Assembly: GCF_018350175.1 (NCBI RefSeq)
Contig: NC_058368.1
Location: 141,486,001-141,550,000 of the forward strand
From: Felis catus
Taxonomy: Eukaryota
Direction of reading: 5' to 3'
Length of the DNA stretch: 64,000 bases
The translations under genes were made by a program, and so were the position numbers. The notes beneath the pieces were generated by a model. It had not been told where the DNA came from, ran no database searches, and was given only the letters and a program-made list of their open reading frames with translations. Each line of letters starts with the position of its first letter. The first letter of the stretch is position 1. Shown piece by piece: positions 12,701-26,399 of the stretch.

Positions 12701-14506
12701 TGTAGTTAGCCTTATGGGTCTTCCCTTCTAAGTTAGGGAATTCTTTTGTCTTGCTGCTTTTAAGATTTTTTTTTTAACCACTTGATTTTAAAAATTTAAT
12801 TACAGTATGTCTTGGTGTTGGTCTGCTTTTGTTGATTTTGACAGGAATTCTCTGTGCCTCCTGGATCTGGAGGTCTGATTACTTCTCCAGATTAGGGAAG
12901 TTTTCAGCTATTCTTTCCTCAAACGAATTTTCTGCCCCCTTTTCTGTCTGTCTTCTGGGACTCCTATAATATGAATTTTATTATGTTTGATGGAATTACT
13001 AAGTTCCCTAAGTCTATTCTCATGTTCTATAATTCTTCTCTCTTTTGTTCAGCTTCATTATTTTCCAGTATTTTATCTTCTAAATTATTCACTCCTCTGC
13101 TTCTTTCATCCTGTTTGTCACAGCAAGTCTGTTTTGAATCTCAGTTATTGCATTTTTCATTTTTGACTGATTGTTTCTTAATTCTTTTATCTCTGTATTA
13201 AGGGCCTACCTGAAGCCTTCCATTCTTTTTTCAAGCCCAGCAAGTATCCTTATGATTGGGGCTTTAAATTCTCCATCAGGCATGTTACTTATATCTGTTT
13301 CACTTAGATCTCTGAGCTTATCTTGTTCTTTCATTTGGGATGAATTCCTCTCTCTTCTCATTTGATCTAAGTCTCTATCTCCTTTTCTGTGTTAGAAAAG
13401 CCCATTATGTTTCTTCCATGCTTCTGAGAAAAATGGCTTTTCAACGAACAGGTCACATAGTGTCTGAGGACTAGTGCTTCAGGGAGTGCCTGTGGGTGTG
13501 TGCTGCATGCACTGTGCTATTGTGTTTCAGCTGCTCTATTTTCAGGCCAGTCATCTGCAGAGGCTCTCCTTGCCTGCAGTGGGCAGTGTTGGGTGCGTGA
13601 CCAGAATGCAGCAAATTTTAACTAGGTATGTTCTGGTCTACTTGTTAAATTAGACCTGATACTGCTTCCACTAGAAGTGAAGCCCTGCAGAACTCTCTGG
13701 TTGGGGAACTTGGTGTGGGCAGTGGTTTCTGCTGGTCTTCAGGGGAAAGGACCTGCAGCACTGGGACTGAGCCAACTTAACTGTGAAGGGCAGTTCCGCC
13801 ACAGAGCAGGGGTGTGGGACCTGATGTAAGCAGATTAGGTATCCAGTGTTGGCACTGCACTACTGATGGTGGGTGGCTCTGTATTTATGCTGACGGGCAG
13901 AGGAGGGAAACAGACCCAGCCAGCTCTTTTGTCCCTGGAGAGGCATCTCTGTGAATGCTACCTCTCAGGGACACTCTCCAAGAAGAACAAATAATATCCC
14001 TTTGTGTGCCCCAGGTGCTCTTCAGATCATTCTTTCCATACCATCTGCCCCAGGGTGTTTGCCTGACTCTTCTCCAAGAGCAGGGAAGCACCCCCGGGGG
14101 CTCTATCCCAGCCAAGCCACAGATCTTTAAAATTGCAGTCTCTATACTCCACTAATTCCAACAACTTATGAAAACCAGCCCCTCTCGTCTTCCCAGCCAA
14201 AGGATTTGGGGAAATGTTCTCTTTGTGCATTTCCCTGTGTGCTCCTCTCTTTCTCTCACCTTTCTCAATGACCAGGGCTCCCACCTCTCTGCAACATCAG
14301 CTATCTGTTTCTCCCCGCAAATCACATCTCTGTACTTCCTACCTTCTTCAGTGTGGCTTCTTCTCTCCCTTTAGTTGCAGAGTTAGTCCTGTCAGTCTTC
14401 AGGTTGATTTCTGAGATATTAAGAATGATTTGACAGTTATCTAGTTGTGTTTGAGAGACAAGATAAGCCCAGGGTTCTCCTACTATACCACCATCTTAGC
14501 TCCCTC
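9725..14506 (-). mobile_element. Carnivore L1 with 5' end present and a ~1.5 kb ORF2 gap near 11715
   Basis: 3'UTR at 9725; ORF2 pieces ([16 protein letters not shown]); ORF1; 5' end GAGGGAGCTAAGATGG on the minus strand at 14506. Confidence 0.85.
12269..12388. repeat. TTACTCCAC / TTACTAA compound tandem repeat inside L1
   Basis: About five consecutive TTACTCCAC units, then mosaic units. Confidence 0.9.
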
Positions 14507-14538
14507 TATCAACAATATACTTTAAAAAGGATCATTTA

Positions 14539-14805
14539 GGGGCACCTGGGTGGCTCCGTCACTTAAGCATCTGAGTCTTGATTTCAGCTCAGGTCATGAT
14601 CTGATGGTTTGTGAGTTTGAGCCCCACATCAGGATGTGCACTGATAGCTCGGAAACTGCTTGGGATTCTCTCTCTCCCTCTCTCTCTGCCCCTCCCCTGC
14701 TCGCTTGCTGTCTCTCTCTCTCAAAATAAATGAAACATTTATAATTAATCTCTCTCTCTCAAAATAAATAAAAACATTTATAATTAATTAATTAATTAAT
14801 TAATT
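14539..14805 (+). mobile_element. SINEC with duplicated tail
   Basis: SINE head; the (CT)n-aaaataaa-acatttataattaat segment occurs twice. Confidence 0.9.
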
Positions 14806-16854
14806 TACCACAACCAAGTGGGATTTATTCTGGGGATGCAAGGATGGTTCACTATTCACAAATCAATCAATATGATACACCACATGAACAAAACTAAGGA
14901 TAAAAATTATATAATCATCTCAATAGATGCAGAAAAAGCATCTGACAAGACCAACATCCATTCGTGATAAAAACTCTCAACAAAGTGGGTATAAAGGGAA
15001 CATACTTTAACATAATAAAGGCCACATATAAAATACTCACAGCTAACATCACACCCAGTGGTGAAAATCTTAAAACTTCTCTTCTAAAGTCAGGAAAAAG
15101 ACAATAATGACCACTCTTGTCATCATTATTCAACACAGCACTGCAAGTCCTAGCCACAATAATCAGACAAAAAAGAAAAAGAAAGAAAGAAAAAGAAAAG
15201 AAACAAAGAAACAAAGAGAGAGAGAGAGAAAGAGAGAAAGGAAGAAAGAAAGAAAGAAAAGATATCCACACCGGTAAAGAAGAAGTAAAACTGTCACTAT
15301 TTACAGACAACATGATACTATAGATAGAAAATCCTAAAGACCCCATCAAAAACTGCTTGAAATAAAAAAATGAATTCAGTAAAGTTGCAGGATACAAAAT
15401 TAATAGCCAGAAATTGGTAGCATTTCTATCCAGTAATAATGAAGCATCAGAAAGAGAAATTGAGAAAAAAACACGATTTAAACTAACACCAAAAGGAATG
15501 AAATACCTAAGAATAAACTTAACCAAAGAGGTGAAAGACCTATATTTTGGAAAACATAAAGCACTTGAAAGAAAATGAAGATGATACAAACAAATGAAAG
15601 ATATTCCATGCACATGGATTGGAAGAATGAGTATTGTTAAAATGCCCACATTACCCAAAGCAATCTACAGATTGAGTCAATCACTATCAAAATACCAACT
15701 GCATTTGTTCTAGATAACTAAAACAATCCTAAAATCTGTATGGAACCACAGAAGACTCCAAATAACCAAAGAAATCTTGAGTAAGAAAAGCAAAGCTGGA
15801 GGTATCACAATTCCAGATTTCAAGATATACTACAAAGCTGTAGTAATCAAAATACTATGGTACTGTCACAAAAACAGATACATAGAACAATGGAACAGAA
15901 TAGAAAACACAGACATAAACCCACAATTAAATGACCGATCAATCTATGACAAAGGAAGCAAGAGTATAAAATGGGAAAAAGACAATCCCTTCAGCAAATG
16001 GTGCAGGGGAAACGAACAGCTACATGCAAAAGAATGAAACTGGACCCTTTTAAAACCATACACAAAAATAAACTGAAAATGGATTAAAGACCTAAATATG
16101 AGACCTGAAACCAAAAAATCCTAGAAGAGAACAAGAGGGTAAATTCTTTGACATTGGCCATAGGAACATTTTTCTAGATATGTCTCCTACGGCAAGGGAA
16201 ACAAAAGCAGAACTAAACCACTGGGACTACATCTGCAGGAAAAGCCTCTGCACCACAAAGGAAATCATCAACAAAACAAAAAGGCAACCTACTGAATTGG
16301 AGAATATATTTACAAATGATGTACCTAATAAGGGGTTAATATCCAAACTCTATAAAATTACACAACTGCACATAAAATAACCAAATAATCTGATTTTCAA
16401 ATGGGCAGAGGACCTGAATAGACATTTTTCCAAGAAGACACTGATGGCCAACAAACATGAAAAGGTGATCAACATCACTAATTTTGAGGGAAATACAAAT
16501 CAAAATCACAATGAGATATCACCTTACACCTTTCAGCAATAACTAAAATCAAAATGGAAAGAAATAAAAGTGTTTGCGAGGATGTGAAGAAAAAGGAATC
16601 CTTGTGCGCTATTGGCGGGAACGTAAATTGGTATAGCCAACATGAAAAATAGTATAGAGGCTTCCTCCAAAAATTAAAAATAGAAATACCATGGAATCCA
16701 GGAATCCACTATTGGGTATTTGTACAAAGAAAACAAAAACACTAATTTGAAAAGATACAATGTGCCCTATGTTTATTGCAGTGTTATTTATAATAGTCAA
16801 GAGGGAAGAGACCTAAATGTCCATCAATAGACAAATGGATAAGGAAGATGTGGT

Positions 16855-16869
16855 ATACACACACACATA

Positions 16870-16920
<51 letters not shown>
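16855..16920. repeat. (CA)n microsatellite in L1
   Basis: Seen directly. Confidence 0.95.
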
Positions 16921-16922
<2 letters not shown>

Positions 16923-17429
16923 TGGAATATTATTCAGCCAGAAAAGAAGAATGAAATCTCGCTATTTGCAACAACATGGATGGAGCTAGAGAGCATAATG
17001 CTAAGGGAAGTAAGTCAGTTAGAGAAAGACAGGTACAATATGATCTCACTCATATGTGGAATTTAATAAACAAAACAAACCGGCAGAGGAAAAAAAAGAG
17101 AGATAGAGAGGCAGACCAAGAAACAGACTCTTAACCATAGAGAACAAACTGATGGTTACCAGAGCGGGGTGGGTTGGGGGATTGGGGAAATAGAGGATGA
17201 GGATTAAAAAGTACACTTATCATGATGAAAAATAAAGAAACAAAATCAAAGAAAAAAATTATCCAAAAAGTAAATTATGGTCTCTTTGTAAAAGATATAC
17301 TATACAAAAGACAAAGAAATACAGAAATTTTTTCAAATATATATTTTCAAATACATTTCAAGCATATTTTCAAATTAAAATCAAGGGTAACAATATTAAT
17401 ATCAAATTATAAATTAAAGCAAAAAAATA

Positions 17430-17790
17430 AGTGGAATCTAAAATAAATAAATAAACAAAAAGCAGAGTCAGACCTATAAATACAGAGAACAAAGTGTTGG
17501 TTGCCAAACAGGAAAAACGGTGTGAGGTTGGGCAAAATGGGTGAAGGATAACGGGAGATAGTGGGCTTCTACTTACAGAATGAATAAATCACAGGAATAA
17601 AAAGCACAGCATAAGGAATATAGTAAATAATATCATAATAACAATGCATGGGGACCAAAGGTCCCCTTTGTTGTGAACATAGCACAATGTATAAACTTGT
17701 TGAATCACTCTGTTGTACACCTGAAACTCATGTAATATTGTGTGTTCACTTTACTCAAAAATTAAAAAATTAAAAATATCAAAACTCAAA
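17430..17790 (+). mobile_element. L1 3' end (older carnivore/L1MA type)
   Basis: tacagagaacaaa...ttgaatcactctgttgtacacctgaaact, A tail. Confidence 0.8.
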
Positions 17791-17809
17791 AATTGAAAAA
17801 ATAAAGTGT

Positions 17810-18390
17810 ATGTTAACATTTTTTCATATATTCACAGAGTTGTGCCACCATCACTACAATCTAATTTTAAAATACTTTCATCCCCCATAAAGAAACCCCA
17901 TACTCATTACTGTCACTCTTTATCCTCCCCAACCCCAGCCCTAAGCAACCACTAATCTACTTTCTGTTTCTACAGATATGCCCATTCTGAACATTTCACA
18001 AATGTAATCATACAATATGCAGGCTTTTGTGACTGGTTTCTTTTACTTGGGTAATGTATTTAAGGCTCATTCATGTATAATGGGCACATTTGGTTTGTTT
18101 CTACTTTTTGGCTACTATAAATAATACTGTCATGAACATGTGTGTTTAATTTTTTATGTGGATGTTTATTTTTATCCTACTCTCTTGGGTATATAACTTA
18201 GAGTGGGATTGCTGGGGTCATATGGTAACTCTATGTCTAGCTTTTTGATGAACTGCCAAACTATCTTCCAAAGCAGCTATACCGATTTACATTCTCAGCC
18301 GTAAGAGGTGAGCGCTCCAATTACTCTACACCCTCGCCAACACTTATTTTCCATCTTTTTATGAAAGCCAGCCCAGTAGGCCTATAATAT
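17810..18390 (-). mobile_element. L1MB-like 3' end
   Basis: ttcacagagttgtgccaccatcactac...ccctaagcaaccactaatctactttctg. Confidence 0.8.
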
Positions 18391-18566
18391 TGAGGTTTCT
18401 CTTACAGTTGATCTTAGCAAAAAGGTCGAGAAGCAATTTGATACTTCTTTTAATAACTTTTGTTTTTATAAAACATTTTAGATTTTAAGTTGGTACCATT
18501 TTTCCGGAAGGCAATATGATCACACATCAAAAGCCTTAAGAATGCCAACACACACAAAAAATAAGA

Positions 18567-18770
18567 GGTCGCCTTGGTGGCTCAGTTTGTTGAGCATCTG
18601 AGTCTTAATTTGGGCTCAGTGTATGATCCCAGGGTCGTGAGATTGAGCCCTGCATTAGGCTTCACACTAAGCATGGAGCCTGCGCGAAATTTTCTTTCTC
18701 TCTCCTTCTGTCCTTCTCCTCTGCTCACATGCTTGCTCTCTCTCTCGCTCAAAAAAAAAAAAAAAAGCAA
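18567..18770 (+). mobile_element. SINEC
   Basis: Diverged SINE head, CT tract, A tail. Confidence 0.85.
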
Positions 18771-18849
18771 AAACATTTTGATTCAGTGATTCCAGTTTTA
18801 GAAATTTATCCTAAGTAAATCATGGTCATGGTACAAAGAATTAACTACA

Positions 18850-19008
18850 GGGGTGCCTGGGTGGCTCATGTTAAGCGTCTGACTTCAGCTCAGGTCATGA
18901 TCTGGAGCTATGCTGACAGCTAAGAGTCTGGAGCCCCTTCTCTGCCCATCTCCCACTCATGCTCTGTCTGTCTGTCTCTCTCTCAAATATAAATACACAT
19001 TAAAAAAA
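18850..19008 (+). mobile_element. Internally deleted SINEC
   Basis: TSD aattaactaca. Confidence 0.9.
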
Positions 19009-19256
19009 TTAACTACAAAGATATTTACCACTGTGTTGTTTCTATAACTCAGGCTTGCAAGCTAGATGAGATCTACTTAATTCCTCTTCCTTCTTCCAGT
19101 GAGCAAACCAGTGACCTCCCTGTAACTTCTGGCTTCATTTTGATTTCTGTTCAATACTCATTCTCCATGTACAAACTGTTCCTTTATCACCCCTGGGTTT
19201 TAACTCAAACATAAGATGTGGCTTTTCTGGATTTACCCCAATAAAAAACTGTCACG

Positions 19257-19480
19257 GGGCGCCTGGGTGGCTCAGTTGGTTAAGCACCAGACTTTGGCTC
19301 AGATCATTATCTCACAGTTTGTGGGTTCGAGCCCTGCACTGGGCTCTGTGCTGACAGCTCAGAGCCCTGAGCCTGCTTCAGTTTCTGTGTCTCCCTCTCT
19401 CTCTGCCCCTCCCCCACTTGCCCTCTGTCTCTCTCCCTCTCTCTCTCAAAAATAAATAAACATTAACAAAAAATTTTTTA
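19257..19480 (+). mobile_element. SINEC_Fc
   Basis: Canonical head and tail. Confidence 0.95.
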
Positions 19481-19896
19481 GAAACTGCCAATGACATCAG
19501 GTAGCTTTATGCTACAGAGATGCAGGAGTTAATGGGAAAGAAGGCTTTTACTGCCAAATTACTAAAATATCAATATGAAATACCCTTGTTCTATTGAAAA
19601 TCTCTGTCATTTTTGCCTACTCATGTTTTAGCCTTCTCCCTTATAGTTTGATCCTCTCTCTCCACACTCATCCCCTTATCCTCATTTTCCTCTCTTCTAT
19701 CCATAAATTGCTATTCACTTTTTTAAAGTTACTTTATGTAAGTCTTTGTCTTTTTCTTTCAACCCATTTCCTCACAGCCACACATTCCATGTGTAGATGC
19801 TAATCAAGATCTGTTTTTATCAACAAAGATAACCGACAAATAACTTCCCTCATCCTAAATACAGTTATAACAGAAAGACAGTGAACAAAGCCGCAA

Positions 19897-20600
19897 GTCA
19901 TTCAACAAGTATTTTTCAAGTGCCTTTATAAGGTAACCATAGTTTTGTGTGTGTGTGCTAGGGATGTAACAATTTAAAAAAAAAAAAAAGCAGATGCAGC
20001 CCTACTCTCAGGGAGTTTATGCATTGATGACATAAAATTTTTCAAAAGATATATATAACATAATGTCAGGTAGTAATGAGGGTTATGAGAAAAAAATACA
20101 GCAAAAGAATAGTTAATGATAGAGGGATGTTATTTTAGATAAGATACCCAAAGAACTATCTGAGGAGGTGTCCTTTAAGCAGAAATGTGAACGAATAAAA
20201 GAACAAATTATGCAAGTATCAGAAACAAGAGTGTCCCAGGTAGAGGAAACACCAAGAACAAAGGCCCTGAGATTGGGACATGCCTAGAGAATTGGAGAAC
20301 AGCTAAGAGAACAGTGGAAAATGAAGTAGACCATAGAAATAAGGTCCTAGAGGTAGGCAGGTGTTAGATTACACAGTGCCCTATAGGCCATGTAATGATT
20401 TTGGATTTTATTCTAAGACTGGTTGGTTGAAGAGTTTTGATCAGGACAATGTTGCATCTTATAGGCATTAAAAGGAAAATAAATTATCTCATGAAGATTA
20501 TAGACAATATAGGGGCAAGAGCAGAAAAAGTGAGACCAAATAATAAACTAAGACAGCATTATAAGAAAGATATGATGATAGCTGTGAATGACTAACCTAT
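19897..20600 (-). mobile_element. L2 fragment
   Basis: tcattcaacaagtattt...gtgctagggat...ccctactctcagggagttta; later ttggattttattctaag. Confidence 0.7.
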
Positions 20601-21000
20601 ATAATAGATTTGATACAGCCCTTATAAATGTGTCCACTATGAGTGATGTAAAAAATATGTAATGACATAGAAAAATGTTTACACTAAATGTAGACTACGA
20701 TCAGAATCACAAAGTTTATTCATCACTGTATAGTATGATGCTATTTTATAAAAGTATTATATGCAATGAATATTAAAGCTAGAAAAGACTTAGAGCTCAC
20801 CGAGTCTACCAAAACCAGAAAAGTTACAGGTCTTAACTGACACAGCAATAAGTAGAATACAGATCTGATTCCCAATGTAATGCTCATTCTATCTCAACCA
20901 TGGTCTATTCTATCAGCTCTCACAAGTACTTATACTTCTCTGCTAGTTTCACATTCAAACGGGAAATTTTATTTCCCAGAATCTTTTATTACTAAAACAT

Positions 21001-21325
21001 TATTTTTTTAATTCCAGTGAAATGTATATATAGTGTTATATTAGTTTCGGGTGTACAGTACAGTGATTCAGCAATTCTACATAACACTCCATGCTCATCA
21101 TGATAAGCGTACGCTTAATCCCCTCCACCTATTTCACCCATCCCTCCACCTACATCTCCTCTGTCAATCACCAATTTGTTCTCTGTATTTAAGACTCTAT
21201 TTTTGGTTTTTCTCTTTTTTTCTTTATTTGTTTTGTTTCCTAAATCCTACATATGAGTGAAATCATATGGTATTTGTTTTTCTCTGACTTATTTCACTTA
21301 GCATTATACCCTCTAGATCCATCTA
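21001..21325 (-). mobile_element. Short L1 3' end
   Basis: Antisense carnivore L1 3'UTR; TSD-like tattactaa. Confidence 0.85.
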
Positions 21326-23849
21326 TTACTAATATATTATTAATATGCTTAAATCTAGATTTTTAAAATTAATCTATACTAGACTGAAGCCCTGTTCAAA
21401 TAAAAAAGGTGGAGAGTAGCTGATCTCAAAATAAGCCATATGTATATGTCACTGAAGGACTCTTCACATGAAGCAAGTCACTGACTATAAATAAATATAC
21501 TACATGTTAGCACCCATTATTAAAATACCAATGATTTTTTTGAAATTCTAACAGTACACACAATCTGCCAAGCAAGTAACATTCCTGTGCAGCAAAACAC
21601 AATTTCTGTGACACAAGTAACCAAGTCTCCTTTGAAGCTGCAGAATTCCCTGGCTAAGATTTTGTTTTAGACCAAGAGGGCCAAAAATGCTTCTTCTAGA
21701 AGCCTAACAGCCTATTCTACTCCCTTCTATGGTAACATAGTGTAGCCTTTCACTGTCTGACCCACAGAGGAAAAAAACTGATTTTAATTAACCATTAATT
21801 ACTCGAATGCAGCCTGCATTATATGGAAAAATGTGTTACTTTCATCTTAATTTAAAAGACAACATTGGAGGCTCAAACTGGCAAGAAGATACACTTTATA
21901 AATGCATTTATATCATTATTCCTCAGAGAATTGGAAAAGAGAGTCATTTTCCTATGGTTCTGTAGTGCTTGGAATGGTAAGAAAGCTATAAGATGATAAA
22001 ATGAGGGACTCTCTTTGAAGCTTTTTGCAGGGCAAAGAAAATATTCTTTAATTTGAGAGCGTTTTGATTACTGTAAGTAGTTATCTGAATACTGAAAAGT
22101 AAAATTCAGATGAGGTCTTACTGAGTGCTAATAAAGTCTATTTGAAATTTAAGATCTTTGTGTTGTATTTGCTATAAATATATTAAAGTTATCTGAATTT
22201 GTGCACTAAATAAGATCAAATAGAAAATAGAAAAGATTTGTCACAGGTATAGAATGCATGACCAATAAAATCAAGTTCAGCTATAAGAAAGAATGTTTAT
22301 AAATATGGGGTAAAGTTGCCTCAATATTTTTATAATTTTATGTGCATTATTTTTCACATCTTAAAGCTGCCCAAGTATAGAAAAATACAGGACTTCAATA
22401 ACAGTTACCAGCATGATTTGCTTTTATTACCTTTCTGTTCAAGACCCTTGTTTCCCCTTGTAGCATGTCAAATTGCCCCCAAAACCATATTATACAGCAG
22501 AGAAATGTTGTTCACACTTCACTGGCTATTGATTTACTTTATTTATTGGCACAAAATCAGCTTGAGATAAACATTTTGTCCCCCATTTCCACTATTGTAA
22601 GCGGTATACTTCATTGCAAGATAGGTAAACCCAAATGTGCAGGGTCACAATTCGACATGGCTTTCTAATCAATGTGTGAAAAATTATCTAATGAATAATG
22701 GGTTGCACATTTCCACAAACAAATTAACCAGGGTGAGACTGAAACTAATGATTATATTTATCTAATGTAATTTCACATCTGTTACTAGTGGTAGTAATTT
22801 TTTTTCTCTTTCATCCATGGTGTCCTCAAAATTACAACTTAGCTTTTCAGATACAGTTATAGGACATCAGTTTAACTAGAAAATAGACAATTTTGTGGAA
22901 TGTTTATTTTTTTCTTTGAATGCCAACAGCCCAGAGAAATATGATGCCATTTTATAAAATTTGGGGATTCAGGCGTTTCTTGATCAATAACCCTGTTGTG
23001 TTTTTACATATTGCCTGTGGGCTTAATTTGATAGCATATGGTTCAAATTCCATCATTCAGCCTTATAAAGAGCAAAATTACTCCATTTCACATGGTACTG
23101 TAAGACCATCTTTAATTCTACCTGTCCTTATATGAATATATTATTTATCCTGATTTAAAATGTACAATAGTTTAAAAAGTAGAAGCAGTTCCAACAATGA
23201 AAAAGTTAAATCCTAAACATCTGATTTGGAACTCAGGGCACCTAAGCCTTCCAGACAAGCCCACAGATACCTATTCCATCCACATGTACCTTTGTCATAG
23301 AAGCTAGCCACAAATGGTATCATATTTCAATGGGAAAGAGCATTCACAGTTTAAACCGAGACCATGTATCTTTCAGCTATGGTTGCCCACTCTTCTGCTA
23401 CCTGCCAGGGAATATGAAGGAGTCTCCTACTTTAAGGTACTGATTCTGGCACCAGTGACTTGAGGAAAGGACCTAACTGGGCTCAAGATAAAAAGATAAC
23501 TTCACATGGCAAAGACATGAAGAGCTCTAGAGGCAACGGTCATCAGCTGGAGTGCATACCAGAGATATTTCGTGGCCCTACATTTTGCTCCCTATCCAGA
23601 CAGACTTCAGCCTGAAATGAAATCCTAATTCTAATAAAAAGCTCCAATAATTTGTATTCTAATAATTCAATTATTAGAAATTAAACTTTGGTAATTAGAG
23701 AGACATCTGTAAAATCTACCACCTAACTGGATTCTCTGATAAAATTTTACTTCTGTGGGGAACTCTTCAGTTAGGCTCACTATGCAGAAAAAGCAGAGAA
23801 CTGAGATACAACCTTGTGATCCTTAGAAGGAAAAAACAGCCCTTTAAGG

Positions 23850-25435
23850 CAGCAGTTCTCAACATTTGAGTTCTCAAATCTTCTTGGTCCCATAAAAATT
23901 ACTGAGGACCTCAAAGAGTTTTTTTTAATAGATTATTTCAGTAGTTGTATTATTAGAAACTAAAAGTAAAAAAATTAATAGTTATTTTAACATAAAAATA
24001 AACCCATTACAGTTACTATAACATAGCTTATTAAAAATAAATGTATTCTCCCCCCTAAAAAATTTAATGAGAAGATGGTCTTAACAGAAGACAGCTGAAT
24101 TCTCATACATAAGCCTGCCTTCAATTTATCATGATACGTTATTTTGACTAAAGTATATAAAGAAAATCCAGCCCCAGACAGGTATGTAGTTGGAAAAGAG
24201 GTTATTTTCACAGAGGTTTTGGATAATTGGGGATATTCTTCTTGGATAAAAAACCAAAATGTTTCAAACGATTGTAATTTAGTTGCAATATGGAATCTGA
24301 AACCATATCAATGAAATTTTCATACTTTCTTATATTAAAAATATATTGGTTAATCTTACACTTCAGATCTAACTTGTACGATTTAGTACCATCATGCATT
24401 GGTGATTTGAAAAATATTATTTTACTGAATTATGTAGATCTTTCCAATGCTGACACAATTCATTATCTAATATTTAAAAATCACGTTCAGCAATTAACCA
24501 CAAATCTCATCAGAAAAGTCTCTAAATATTGGGACACTATCAAGTTCACAGTGGCTAATAGAAGTTTTCCAAATACTATCTAGTTTTCACTTGAGAGGCT
24601 GAATGTTTATCAATGGCAATAAACACTATCAGTTTGTTTTTCTTGAAAGATCGCTGTTCATTTTTGAGAAAATGTCTGCCACATACTCAACTCTGAATAG
24701 CTACTTTGTCATTTGTTCTCTCAAGTAAAAATAGTATTTCATGAAAAAAGCAGCTAGGTCACCTCACAATGCAATCACCCAAGTGCTTTTCTTTCAAGAA
24801 CCACTCCATACTTTGATATGCAGGCAAAAGTGCTTTATGCATGGTTCCTATTTCCTCACCCAGATACTAAAAAAAAACTTTTCCAGAGCTAGTATTTAAT
24901 AAAATCGATTTTTTACCGATCAAAATGTTCTTAGCTGTTCATCTAAAATGTTAAGTGAGGGGCGCCTGAATGGCTCAGTCAGTTAAGCATCCAACTTCAG
25001 CACAGGTCATGATCTCATGATTCATGAGTTCAAGCCCAGGCTCTTTGCTGACAGCTCAGAGCCTGGAGCCTGCTTCGGGTTCTGTATCTCCCTCTCTCTG
25101 CCCCTCCCCTGCTCATGCTCTGTCTTAAAAAGTAAATAAACATTTATAAAAAAAAACAAAAAACAAAAAAACCTTTAAATGTTATTAAGTGAAACTTTTT
25201 TTTTTTTTTTTTACTTTAAGAATACCCAGACAACTAGAACAGTTTGGTGTCATTGCATTGATTCACTCTAAACATGAGCAGTTTTATCCATCATTGTTTT
25301 TGTACCATGACACCAAATGTCAACACAGTGAAAAAGGTTAATCACATCTTAGTCTTATAATGAAAATGGTTTTAATCTCCTAAAGCTCTTAAAGGGGACC
25401 CCAGATATCTGAAGGCTACCTTTTGAGAATCACTG
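23850..25435 (-). mobile_element. hAT-Charlie (Charlie1-type) DNA transposon fossil
   Basis: TIRs CAGCAGTTCTCAA / TTGAGAATCACTG; 8-bp flanks ctttaagg / ctctaaac; decayed transposase (RWLS-like motif region ~24780-24825, minus). Confidence 0.8.
24959..25175 (+). mobile_element. SINEC_Fc nested in Charlie
   Basis: SINE head; TSD-like aaatgtta...agtga. Confidence 0.9.
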
Positions 25436-25814
25436 CTCTAAACAATATAACATATTGCGTGTATGGAGGGAAGGCAGTGGTTGGAATAAGAGAAACAAAC
25501 TCTTTCTAAAAATAAACCAGAAAAATGAGGAAAAGACATTTTGAACATAAATGAATGTTTAAGTCATTTGGCTTTCTTTATAGCTTGACTGATTTTAGGT
25601 AGTTACTTCATTCTTCAATCTTGCTTCTGGCCCTCATATCAGTTCGGTCTCAATGAACAGTTTTATGAGTCAATACTATACAAACTATGAATGAAATTTC
25701 ATGGATTTGCCTGACCCAGAAAATGTGTGAGGGTTGAAGCTCCTTCAGTAATCTAAATTAAAAGGGAAGCCTCAAAATCACCTAATCTCATAGTATATAC
25801 CTCGTTGTATACAC

Positions 25815-25932
25815 CAGAACGTAAGCTCCTTGAGATAGGATACTTGTTTTGTTCACTACTTTATCCTCAATTCCTAGAACACTATCTGACTCAAAACAGG
25901 TACTCAACAAGTATTTATTAGATGAATGAGTG
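25815..25932 (+). mobile_element. L2 3' end
   Basis: gtaagctccttgag...aggtactcaacaagtatttattagatgaatga. Confidence 0.75.
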
Positions 25933-26094
25933 CAGCCCATATGGGTCTACACAAGGAAAAACTAAAAATAATACAATTCATCATTTTATAAACACATCCA
26001 AATGAGTGTTTCAATCTTCAAAATAATCAGAGACTACTGTCATTTTCCAGTGATGCAGCAGCTACTGCTCACAGTTATTTTTTGAATACCAGAC

Positions 26095-26330
26095 AGACAG
26101 TGGTGAGAAATGCACTGCAATTTGATACAGAAAGACTTGGCCTAGAATCCTGGTTCTAGAAATTACAACTGATAAAAAACTGGGCAATGACTTAACCTCT
26201 CTGAGATAATCTTCTTAACCATAAAGAAGAGAGAAAAATAACTATCTCACAGAGACACTGTAAGAATGAAATTAAATGAAACCACATTTGTTGAAGTATC
26301 TAGCACAGTGCCTAGCAAACAGGAAATGAC
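26095..26330 (+). mobile_element. MIR
   Basis: ctgggcaatgacttaacctctctgag...agcacagtgcctagca. Confidence 0.75.
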
Positions 26331-26399
26331 AAATGCAGGATAAATGCTAGTGTGTAGCTATTTGGTATTAGACTACCAGACGTCCTTCCTCTGATAACT

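Larger units (their letters stand above)
14507..17260 (+). mobile_element. 5'-truncated L1 (RT to 3' end)
   Basis: [46 protein letters not shown], 3'UTR and A-rich tail. Confidence 0.92.

Noticed and set aside
14915..15658. 247-aa hydrophobic minus-strand ORF
   Set aside because: Antisense of A-rich L1 ORF2 plus a microsatellite; a common artefact.
24290..24583. 97-aa plus-strand ORF in the Charlie element as a domesticated transposase
   Set aside because: Antisense to the decayed transposase, which has no long open frame.
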